This document shows positions 47,960-58,702 of a stretch of 58,702 bases of DNA, one piece after another. Origin of the DNA: Vezdaea acicularis (Eukaryota); contig JAPEUI010000047.1 in assembly GCA_026025075.1 (NCBI GenBank), positions 62,001-120,702 of the forward strand, given 5' to 3'. The translations under genes and the position numbers were made by a program. The notes under the pieces were generated by a model. The model was given only the letters and a program-made list of their open reading frames with translations, ran no database searches and had not been told where the DNA came from. The stretch's first letter is position 1, and each line of letters opens with the position of its first letter.

Positions 47960-50342
47960 GCACGTCACCTTCCCCATAGTTCTCCGAGTCTGATTCCCTA
48001 TCCGTTGGATGGTAGGCCCTTAGGCCCTTCAAGAGACTGCCAAGCTCCCGTTATTGCTGCACTTCGAGCCTCATAGCACGGTCTCATATGCTGTAGTGGA
48101 ACGCTGGAGTGTACCTTTCACGGTACCGGCCTTCAAGTCAAATGAGGAGGATGAAGCTCGGAACTTAACCCTAAGTATTCGTTGGTTGTCTTTTTTATTC
48201 GAAAGACGAGTTTCACGGTATAGTTGTCAATGACCTGAATAGGAATCTGGCGTCTCTTGTATCTGCTGTAAAGGCAGATATGATGCGTCTCCAGAGGACG
48301 AAAGGGGAGTTCGACGTCCAGAGTCCTTCGGACATTGAAATATGTGTTTTCCATGCGCCAATAAGGTAAATGTCTCACGAGAGACTGCGCGTCGGGCTCA
48401 CTTGCTGGACACCATACTCTGATCATCTACATGGTTGTTTGGGGATGCTTTGAGTGCTAAGAGACTTGATGGAGAGAGCAGGTGGCAAACATCGCATACC
48501 TCTTCTTGTGGATTATGTTCAGCACTCGCGCGCAGCCTTTCGTTCGGAGCACCGACACTATCATTGAGCCCTATCTTTGATCCAATATTCCAATTCAATT
48601 GGGTCAGGTTCCACGCAAGGGTCCATGCATCACGATCAAGGGCCACCTGTTGAAAGTTGTTCAAGGCACCAAATGCTCAGTTCGATTGTCGAGGGGTCTT
48701 TGAAGCATGAGCGCGAAGACCATCCCTCTTCTGGGATATTACCTACATACGGATCGCTCTACACAGACTTTCACTTCATATTTGTAATGAAGCTAGTCAT
48801 TCACGACTCGCTCGCTGTGATGACGTTATGCTATAATAGCAGACGGCTAGCGAAGTCGTCATTGCCACAAACTGAAAGTCTGTGTAGAGGCCTGGTCACT
48901 GTGTCGGATCTTCTATTAAGACGTCAGAGCAATGGTGTCTCGTCAGCTCCGAATGCTTGATTGACTCCTCGAATCGATGAGAGAGCTGGCATGATGTTAT
49001 TGGCGCTTACAACAGATCCCATGTTCAGGCATAAAACCTCTCCCTTGTTTCGTGGATTCGCTGATTCAAGGATTTGTTGGGATAGGATATGGCTTAGTCT
49101 AGCTGTTGGTGGAAGGTTCGACGATCGGCAGGCGAGAGTGATTTAGATGTCCGTCCGACCAGCTTTGCTTCCTTAAAAGCAGAGCCCCTTACTCTCCAAC
49201 CACCATCCTTAGTCACCCCGCCTCTAGCGTAAAGGGCTCTCCAAACCTATTCCACAGCACCCGCTAATGGAATAGCTCTCTCACTGAGAGTGGGACCTCG
49301 ATCAGCCGTTTCAATCACCTCCTCTTGTGTTCAGCATTAGATTTGACGGTGAACGCCAACATTACAGTCTCCTGGCGTTGTGCCATCAGACACCTCCTCC
49401 TTTACGGAGATGGAAGCGGTTTTTGTTGATGTATTTTGTCCGCTTATCACCTGCCCTCCAAGCAAATGACCCTCCTCATAATAGCGGTGGAGATGCGTTG
49501 GAGAGGAAACAAAGACTATCTCTGAGGGTAGTGCAATCACAAACCGAGAGAGGCATTTAGGCATTAGGCTGTTCCAGACGCGGATTGAATCGGATTAAAG
49601 AGATGACGCTCCACGACGCGAGTGCCAGTATGGGTTTTGGCACGTCTGGTAACGACCTCTCTAAGGAATATGCGGTTCTGTTGGTGGCCGTTTCTCCTGT
49701 TTCTACCTACGCACCTCTCAAAGCCAGGAATGGATTGATGGCATCATCAGCTGCCTTATCTAGTCTCAAATCTCTGCTCGTCTGTGGTGTTCACGATCAG
49801 GCTTCATACAAACCGCTCAGCTTCGCAAAACCCCGGCATCGTGGTAAATTCTCCTCCGAATGACTCAGTCTGGCTCCTTGGCTTGCGCGCCCTTGGGAAA
49901 TTCTGTTTTAGCATTGAAGACGAGAGTACAGGACCTTTCTCGCGTAAGGCTCAGGGTTTTGTACCCGTCTGTTCGCTCGGATCCATTGCGAAGCAAATTC
50001 TCCCTGGAAGATAGGAACGTGCATTGTCGAAAGCTAGATGAGTTCTAGTGGGGTCGGCGGCCCAAGCAGTAGCAGCAAGGTCTTGTCTTAGCGCACTTTG
50101 GATGGGTTCATGTGGAGTGTCTGAGTGAAGGAGAGCAAGATGGTGTTGACACAAGAGGAGGCGACGTTGCTCTGAGTAGGTCAGCTGGGAAATGCGGGAG
50201 CGTCCTGCAAGCAGAGGATAAGAAGGCTTAGTTGAAAGGGCAAGATCGTATGCTAGTATACCTTGGTGGGGAAGTGTGGAGGGAGCCGAGGAGGCTCGGG
50301 CTGTGCTCTGCTATAGCAGAGAACAGCCCTATCTTGTTTTTT
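47960..50342 (+). ncRNA. TER: Candidate telomerase RNA (TER), ~2.4 kb; 5' end approximate
   Basis: Template TAACCCTAA 48166-48174; boundary helix 48063-48074/48151-48162; perfect helices 48757-48773/48873-48889 (17 bp) and 49318-49330/50149-50161 (13 bp); terminal hairpin 50298-50329, U-tract, then GTGAGC...GCTAAT...CAG; no credible ORF. Confidence 0.75.
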
Positions 50343-50853
50343 GTGAGCACCCTAATGTTCGCTGGAAAGGTCATGCTAATAGCTTGTTTACTGGCAGGGG
50401 CTAGCTTGCGGAGGCTGGACTGACATCGATGACTAGTGTTATGGAGCATTGAGCTCAATCCCCACCGAGTACTAGCGTGATTCACTAGACGATACGATAT
50501 GCAGGACTTTTGGGTTGCTGAACTTCTTGGGCCAATTGCCATACTTTTTTTTACAAAACTACATTGCACTTAGTAGGCTTGTGCGTTGATCGTTTTACCG
50601 AATTGAAGGGCTGGTCTAAGCGTAAACCTCCCAATACTAGTTAGCGTCGTAGTTCCTGCGTCACTGCAGATTAAGCGAAACTTATTTTCTCCACACTTCC
50701 TGGAACGAGCATGAGCAAGGATCTTTTCATGTGGGGCCGCCACCAGGAGCGTTCCTTTTAGTTGCATCTACCTCCAATAGTGCCTGCTTTATCAACTTCT
50801 TCATCAATTGCGTATCCTGATATGGTATTTCTTTTAGATATCCTGACCTGAAG

Positions 50854-53800
50854 ATGGCTCATCCGCAAACTCCAATGGCTCTTGCCCCTCCAGTAGAGCG
50901 AATGATGTTTGACGGCTATGCCGAGCGGCCTCCAGATCTACCCGAAATAGCGGATGACGAACAATTTTCATCTATCGTGAGCAAGCTTTCATCGTAAGTA
51001 GTATCCTCATATAAGTATGCTCTCATCACATCTACTTAGTCCGTCTTTCCTCCAGGTGCATCATTGATGCAATCGATGGGCCCCACACTTTTGAGCAGAT
51101 GCGGACATCACACGAGGGGCGCGAGCTGAGACTATTGGTCTCCCACCTCTCCGCGAACGTCAGACATCCTGCGATCGTCAATGCTATACTGTGCGTTAAA
51201 TGAACTCTACCAGAGTTCAGTTCAATTCACACTGACATGATCATCTTGTAAGAGCTCTGAAATGGCACTTTGCCTCGCTCGAACCAGACGACCGCGGTCT
51301 GAATCAGACAAGAGGACATGCATGCGAAATCGTGGCCTGGCGGTTTTTAGCCCACCTTTCTGAGTCTGACATCATTAACTATTTGCTATATGAATTGCCA
51401 GGACCATCAGCAAACTCTGACGAGCCAAGAGACGTGGAGAATGGTCATTCAGTGTTGCATGAATCTTCTTTACCGGAGGTCCATGAAGGAACTCCTCTGA
51501 TTCCAAGCCCTCACATCTCTGTGTACCAAAGGCATAACCGGTCTAAATCCTCTCTGAGCCATACTTTTCAGGCTCGAGTGGAGCGAACGCTCTCTTCTAG
51601 CTTGGAGGAAGATCCCATGGCAATTTTCATTGGGCTGAATGGCCTGGAAGTTGCGGCAGTAGCGGACGCTAAAAGCTTTCTCGGCCAACGCAAGGTACAG
51701 GAAGTGCTGAACGGGATCTGGAAAGGAGACATTGTCTTCTGGGAGACACTATCCCGGAACTCGAGAAAGAAGGCCCATTTCTACAATAAGCGGTTGGTCC
51801 TGACAAGTTTCTCGCCCAGCTCAATACTGAAAGCTTTCTAGGAAAGCCGATCCTTACTGTCGGCTGAGAGTACCTAAGTACCAAAAGGTCTTCGAGGCGC
51901 TGTTCTTCGCTTCATTTTTAGCACTATACTATGCAGTATTGGTGGAGCGAAATCCTCGCCATGTCACTCCTACTGAGATACTATTATATATCTGGATCGC
52001 GGCATTTGCATACGACGAGTTGAGCGAGTTCAGAGATGCAGGTACTTTGTTTTATTCAACGGACTTTTGGAGCTCTTGGGATCTTGGGATTATTGGAATT
52101 GGGGTAGCATTTTTTGTGGCTCGTAAGTGAAATCCGTCCGCTGCTGGGGTTTCCCAAAATGCGGGATAGAGAGTGCTCGTTCTAGTGTTGTTGCCTGAGA
52201 GTAGGCAAATTGCTGACATGTGCTGCTTGAAGGGCTGATCGGACTAATCAAGATGGATGACAATATCATTGATACAGCTTTCGATATATTGTCACTCGAA
52301 GCACTTTTCCTTGTTCCACGGTCAGTACCTTCTATCCTTTGCAAAGATAAGAGGACTGTTGACGCGCTACTAGTATATGCTCTTTATTGAGCTTACATCC
52401 ATATTTCGGAACGCTGGTTCGTATCAAACTGTAGTATCCAGAGTCAATTATGCTGACTCTCAATTCTCATGAAGATCCCGTGTTTGAGAGAGATGGTAAG
52501 ATCCCTATTTTCTGAATTAGCCCGCTACATGGGAAATATCGCAGAGCTCACCTCGAGTCCACAGTGGAACGATATACTGACCTTATTTAGACGAAGGACT
52601 TTGTCAAATTCCTTGGAGTTGTAGTTATCCTCTATCTGGGTAGGTAGAATCTCAGTCCATTGATCCGGGCCCTATCCTGGGTCGTAAATCCTCTCCTTTC
52701 GAACACTCCAGGCTGGGGAATTTTTGTATAAGTATTGGGCTGATTAGAGATCACGATTGCCGCAGGTTTTCTTACCACTTTTACCTTGCTAGCAAGAGAA
52801 AAGTTCACGCCAAGCGAAATGTCTTGGATCTTGATCAAGGTCTTCTTTGGGTACGGCCCCCCATAATTGTCAAGAGCAAATGAGTCTAATTAGCAACCTC
52901 TGATTAGCTCGAGTTATCTTGGATTTGTAAGTCTCCATTCATGGTTGTATTGTCAGTTGATGCAAGCATTAACAACGATTCATAGGACGTTATGCGCGAG
53001 GTACTATTCTAGCAATCGCGCCTTGAAAATATGAGCTGACTTTGCCATATCAAGATATCCCCGTATCTCGGGCCACCTGTGATGGTGAGACGATTCAAGT
53101 GTTTCAAAAGCGAATGCCCTGACGTGGTGGCTTGCAGCTTGTGTTTGTGTGTTTGACACAGATTCTACTCGTGACGTCCCTCATCAGTCTTCTAAGCAAC
53201 AGCCTGACTAAGGTACGTAAATCTTTATTTATCATCGCCGTACACCGTTAGGTCGTTTCAGGAATGCTGAAACAGACGCGATATGCAGGTGATGGATCAT
53301 GCAAGGTATGTGCCCGATCGGGGTATGCGGAGGTGGGAACTGAATTCACCATGCTGACGGGGCAACAATAGGGAAGAATATCTATTTATTTTTAGCGTCT
53401 ACATTTTAGAGGTGAGCCGCGACCCAATGACAGGCTGCGCTATCGCCAAGCGGGATCGATGCTGCACCTCCGATTGGTGAATGCGCGCATGAGCCGATTG
53501 TCCCCAGGCCCCACGACCCAGATATCACGCCACCCGTCAAGCCCTCCCCACTGACAGCGCTCTACCGCCTAGGCATCCACGTCGAATCGACTGACCTACT
53601 TTTATCCTCCGCTGGTACGTCTTCGGCCCTACCCTTCGATTGGGTCTCGCTCCGGCGGGGAGCATCTCTGTAGGGCACCTGATCGCATGAACTGACTGTC
53701 GCAGAACCTGCTCCCATTGGTGTTTCTGCGCCCGCTCCGGCTTTTCGTCCCGGCGGAGAAATTACGTCATGCGCGGATCGTGCTGCTCAAGGTGACCCAT

Positions 53801-54172
53801 TGCGGCTACCTGGGTGCCATCATGGCCTTCGAAACCGTCAGCAATCGCCTGGCGCCTAAGTCGGATGGGAACAAGGCTGGGACGTGGGCCGAAGAGACAA
53901 TGGACTCTCGTCAGTCAAGGGATCACGCCAGTTCACAGCGTCGGCGGCCGGCGTTGGATGGGCGTGCGTCGCTTAGCAAGACTGGGCAAGAGGGGCATCA
54001 AGAGCCGAATGCGCACGCGAAAGGCAGGCACGGCAGGAAGGGGAAGGAGGCCGAGAAGAATGAGGAAAGAGGCAAAGCCGATGCGAGCGAGTTGCACGAG
54101 TTGATCGCCCGGCTCAGTCAGCAGGTCGACGAACTGAGGGATGTCGTCGCGGAGCAGCGCCGCCGTTTGTAA
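50854..54172 (+). CDS. YVC1: TRP-family vacuolar cation channel (Yvc1-like)
   Basis: TRGHACEIVAWRFL, LEVAAVADAKSFL, IWKGDIVFW, RLRVPKYQK, EALFLVPR, LIKVFFG/SSYLGF, LISLLSNSL; about 16 introns. Confidence 0.85.
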
Positions 54173-55891
54173 GGAAAGCCACGGCGGCCGCGATACCGAT
54201 AGAGAGAAGGCAGGCTTGAGGCTAGAGCAGGCCTGCAGCCGGAGCGAAGTCACCCATCACATCCGTCACAACCTTCAATTTCGCGGAGGGGCCGACCGAC
54301 GCCAGACAAGCCTCGTTGTTTCAGACGTCCATGACAAATGCAGCAGCTCCCGTCAGGGCCCGTCAGGGTTCACCGTGCGTCTATTCACGGCCGCTGCGTC
54401 TAAATCGGTAAACAGGGAGTAGGCCCTGGCCTGGCGTGCTGAGGCCGTCTTCGTCGCGGTTACGCGGGAGGGTCGTCGCGCGAGGAGAATTGCGCAGCTG
54501 GGACGCATGAGCGCGCTTACAGGCGATCCGTGCAGATCCCACGTTGGCACGCCCTTGCTCGGTCTCGTCACGATATGGCCGGAGGAAGGCCGACCGCGGT
54601 TCTGCGTGCAGTGCTCGCAGGCCCTCTCTCCGTTGAAACCGCGACTTACGCGGGCGCCGCCGCGGGTTCCTAAACATAACTCGGGTCTCGCGTGCGACGG
54701 TCTCACTAGCGTCAGCCCATGATGTTTCAGGTTTCGGGGTGTTGGGTCGGGTTCAGGACCGCTCGGTCCAGTCACCGCCCGCCGCTCCGCACCCTGTCCC
54801 GCCCGCGAACCTCTGGCTCGCGGACGGCCCGTGAGTGCTGCTCGAATAAGCATCAGCCATGGTCCAGCCACCGTCGCAACCGCCAACATCGCGACTGCCG
54901 TATCCTCTCGCAACGGCCCTTCCTAAATCGGGGTCGCGCGCGATGGTCGGCAGCCCGTGCGAGGGCCAGCAGCCGCATGGAGGCCTCTGCGCGGGGGCAC
55001 TGGAGCCGGCGACCACGACGACGCAGCATCGCACAGCAGCTGCGCGGTTGGTAGAAACGGCGACGCAGCAACGGTAATAACGAATGGGCGAACGAAAGCA
55101 CGACGAATGTCGAGGATCCAACAGGCCGGCGCACGAGCAGCAGGGCCGGTTCTTCCAAATCGCCGACGCCGTTGGGGGGAGGGGGGACGGTGGGCGATCG
55201 CCCGCAGAGATGGCCGCTCATTTGGCCGGTGTGGCCGACCACGGTGCGGGCAGGGGTGCGTCACAGACGAGGGTGGCCCATTCGCCCACGGCCCGCAAGG
55301 CACTCTCCTCCCCCGTCCCCCCTCGTCCCCCCTCGTCCCCCCTCCACCCTTACACATCACGACAAACCAGCGCCATCCGCACTCTCCACCACCCCCTCGT
55401 CTCCCACCGTTCCACCCCCTCCCGCCCTAGCCCACGCTCGGCATTAGCGGGCCTGCAATCGGGTTGCATGTTGGTAAAGGTAGTAATTGCGGACATCTAA
55501 CACCGAACTGCATCATGGCGGCCGGTTATCGATTTCGAGGAGCTCTATTTGATCGATGCGCGCCGCACCATCATCGGCGCATTTCTCGTCTCCATCCCAC
55601 ACCGCGCGCGCCGTCCGCCTTTCTCCCAGGATCCGATATTTATACATACCCTTTGATCTCCCTGCTCCGCCACTGCATTTCAATCCCCATCTCAATCTGC
55701 CTCGGTCTCTCCTCCCTCCCCCCTTCTCCACCTGCTCGTTGCGACTCGCGACTCCCCCTCCAGACCAGGGTGCGGCCGTCTCGAGTCAGACCTGTTTCGC
55801 CGCCTGTTGGCTTCTCCATTCGCTAACAACCAACACCTGCCCCCGGATTCGGACCTCAGCCCTTTAAGGCGAACTTGGACCACTCGGTGCC

Positions 55892-57342
55892 ATGACTTCT
55901 GCAAACGCCCTCGCAATGTCGGCTGGTCAGCAGCACCAGCACCAGCACCAGCACCAGCAACAGCAGCAGAAGGATTCGCGGACGCCATTCTCGTACAATC
56001 CGCCTTACGCTTCTCCACGTCCATCGGAGTCCGTGGTACTCTTACAACACTCGGAGCAGGGGCTCGATGTCTATGACAATTCCATGCCCACGGCGGCCAA
56101 TGCGAGCATCGCCGCATCCGCAGTGCCTGCCGTGTGGTCGCGGCAGGACTATTTAGACCTCGTCTCATCTGGTCCACCTCCCGATATCTTCTCGGCCGCA
56201 TTCGATCCGTTCGCCACCCTCGAGTCTAGCAATCAATTCTTGTATCCGGAAGCGCGGACATCCTCGACCGTCCCCGAGCTATCATCTTCCCCCACTCCAT
56301 CAGTCAGCCGATCTTGCCGGTCATCCATCTCCCGCAGTCCATCCGAATCATTCTCCCTGCAAGCCCCGCCTGAAGCCTTTGCGCCCAAGGTCAAGATGGA
56401 GGACGGACAGGATTACTATATGCCCGATGCTTCCATGCTCAGCGGCGCCGGCCCCGAGGTATATCTCTACTCCACGTCGGGGGATGTCCAGCCGGTGGCG
56501 ACGTACGGGTCGGTCGCCAACCAATCCTACCCGCCCTCCGAGTATGGATACCAGATCAGCGAACGCTCCTCTTATGAGGACCTCGAGAGCGGAGAGACCA
56601 GCCCAGGAAAGATCACGAATGCTGAGCGCACCCGGAGCAAGGCAAAACGCAATGCCACCACGAGGGAGAATGCGAATCATGAATGCCATATCTGTGGCAA
56701 GCTCTTTGCACGGAGTTACAACTATAAAGCCCATATGGAGACGCACGATCCGACACGGGAACATCCGCATGTGTGCATGGTGAAGAACTGCGGCAAGAAG
56801 TTTGTGCGTAAGACGGATCTTCTGAGGCATCATTCAAGTGTATGTCCCTTGTAAAGCTCATAGATTGCATGTATTCAAAAGTCTGACTTTTACCACACAG
56901 GTCCATGAAAAACAACGCAATTACCAGTGCCACCTGTGCGGGAACCTCTTTGCCCGGAAAGACACGCTCCGAAGGTAATTGTTGCCCACTTGGTTCCAAT
57001 TGAAATTTTACTGACAACCGTCGCAGACACACCGAAGACGGTTGCTCCAAGCGCTTTGAGATTGCCACAACAGGCTACGTTCCGGCCACGGAGCCCGCCT
57101 ACCCCACGACGCAGTCCGCCTACTCCACGACGCAGCCATACAGCACCACCGCGTACGGAGTCTCCTCCCCGCTGATGCAACCGTCCCCCTACGCCATCCG
57201 CGGCGTCCTTCCCCAGCAGCAGCAGCAGCAGCAGCAACAACAGATGAGCCCTCTCCCGCCACCCAGCTCTTCCGCCGCACCGTCGGGTGTGCTTCCCTCC
57301 ATATCGCAGGTTTACCCCAATTACAACCCGCGCCCGTATTAA
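55892..57342 (+). CDS. C2H2 zinc-finger transcription factor (3 fingers)
   Basis: CHICGKLFARSYNYKAHMETH, CMVKNCGKKFVRKTDLLRHHSS/VH, CHLCGNLFARKDTLR/RHTEDGC; two introns; stop 57340-57342. Confidence 0.9.
55928..55969 (+). repeat. (CAGCAC)n/(CAG)n coding microsatellite encoding QQHQHQHQHQQQQQ
   Basis: cagcagcaccagcaccagcaccagcaccagcaacagcagcag. Confidence 0.85.
57214..57243 (+). repeat. (CAG)n polyglutamine tract in the last exon of the C2H2 gene
   Basis: CAG x7, CAA CAA CAG. Confidence 0.85.
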
Positions 57343-58330
57343 AGCATCTCGCGCGCCAAGCTGCTACAACAAAAATAAAATCCACCTGTCCTTTCCGTTC
57401 CAAGCGATACGAGCATTTTCACGGCCATAGCATAGAAGCCTTTTTGGGTATGTGTGTACGTGGGTCAACTCGGGGTGTGAGTGGTGTTTCCGGCGTCACG
57501 ACTGGGTGCTTGGGTTATGGACCTGGGGTCGGCGCTCCTTCTTTTTTCCATTTTTATCGCCTCGTTTCGTTCTTCGTCTGTTGTTTCTTCTTCTTTGGTT
57601 TAAATCAGGGCTTGGCGGGTTGCGCGGACGCGCAAGGGGGAGGTGATTCGCAATACACGGATGTTCGTATCAACACGTTTTTTTCTTCTTGGCGGGTGTA
57701 GGGCCGTGGCGGGGGCAAGGGGCAGGTGTGGGACAGGCGGCGGGCGGCGAGCGTGCATTTTCTGCATCTGGGGACCGAGCCTGGGGCGTGGCCGGGGGCT
57801 GGACGTACTAGGGATTGTGTTTTTTGGAAAGGGAAGGAGAGGGGGGGGTGGGGGGGTGGTGGGGATAGACGTATCAACTGTACTCGTAGCTTCCAAAAGT
57901 CTTCCTCTTTCTCGGGCAATAGCCATGTCAGGTGTGAAATCCGACTCGTTGGTACAGGGGAGAGGAGAGAGAGGAAGAGGGAAGGACGAGGATGGCAGCG
58001 CGGGAAAGCTTGGCTTAGCTACTGTGGCAGAGAATAGGGAATACCGCACTTCCATCCATTCAGACCATACCATCCATACCATCCACCATCCACCAAACCC
58101 GGACCAGGCTGACTCGCAGCCAACATGTCCCCACCCAGCACCAGCCGCACACCTATCCAACACCCAGCCCAGCCCAGCTCATCTCTCGGTCGCGGGGGGT
58201 GATGTGACCTATCAGCAGCGCGCAGACCTTTGTCGTCGTCGACTGAGATGGTGGGGTGGGGTGCGGTGCGGTGGATGGTTGGATCGGACGGTCCGTTATT
58301 CTTCTTTCTTCACGCTCTGGAGGAGGGATT

Positions 58331-58568
58331 GAGGGGGGGGGGGGCGGTTCTGCACGTTGTTCATGGATTGTGAGGGAAGACGGGGGGGGGGGATGATTGG
58401 TTGGTTCGGGTCTCTTTCTCTTTCTCTGTTTACCGTGTTTGGGTCATACTTGCTCGTGTCTTGTATACGGTGTTTCCTCTGTATGGAGGACGCGGTGTTT
58501 GTCGTATCTTCCTCTCCTGGCACGCATGTATACGGGGTTATGGGGGGGGGGGGGGGGGGAGGGGGGGG
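58331..58568 (+). repeat. Cluster of long poly(G) tracts
   Basis: G runs near 58333-58344, 58382-58392, 58542-58559 (G18) and 58561-58568. Confidence 0.85.
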
Positions 58569-58702
58569 AAGAACGGGGGCAACCCCCACCAACACTCTTT
58601 TCTTCTCGGCGGATAGGGCAGGGCGAGCCAAGGCATACGGAGCATGGTATGGTCAGGTCGAGAAGGGAGAGGGACTGTGGCGGGTGAAGGTGAGTGCGAG
58701 TG

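Noticed and set aside
50218..50223. ATAAGA, near match to the AUAAGU donor of Neurospora-type TER introns
   Set aside because: No U-rich Sm-like site before it and no good branch point after it; the 50343 cassette fits better
48133..50767. Short ORFs (60-127 aa) in the RTP1-channel interval
   Set aside because: Overlapping, often non-ATG starts, no recognisable motifs or consistent splice pattern; RNA structure explains the region better
54141..55867. Many overlapping Arg/Pro/Gly-rich ORFs
   Set aside because: By-product of high GC in the promoter and 5' UTR of the C2H2 gene
57444..58687. ORFs up to 229 aa at the window end
   Set aside because: Translations of G/C homopolymer-rich low-complexity DNA

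Overview
Gene-dense, intron-containing genomic DNA from a filamentous ascomycete (Pezizomycotina-type GT..CTRAC..YAG introns of about 50-60 nt). I can support 27 protein-coding genes, mostly housekeeping: ELC1, ORC6, KEI1, YPT6, NOP53, POL32, RAD18, CHM7, PDX3, a GH125 mannosidase, a PflX-type radical SAM enzyme, a secreted GMC oxidoreductase, an arrestin-like protein, CYP10/PPIL3, ZPR1, an Rpr2/Snm1-family protein, DBR1, a DUF866 protein, SmF, RTP1/TANGO6, a Yvc1-like TRP channel, a C2H2 transcription factor and several hypothetical or stress proteins. There is also an intron-containing tRNA-Leu(TAG). The main discovery candidate is the ~3.3 kb region without a credible protein-coding gene between RTP1 and the TRP channel. 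It carries a TAACCCTAA telomere template (48166-48174) directly 3' of a boundary-type helix, several perfect long helices, a possible pseudoknot, and a terminal hairpin + U-tract + splice-site cassette. Together these fit an unannotated ~2.4 kb telomerase RNA gene, possibly with a variant spliceosomal 3'-end signal. Gene names come from recognising translated motifs, not from database searches. Exon boundaries and helices were read by eye.
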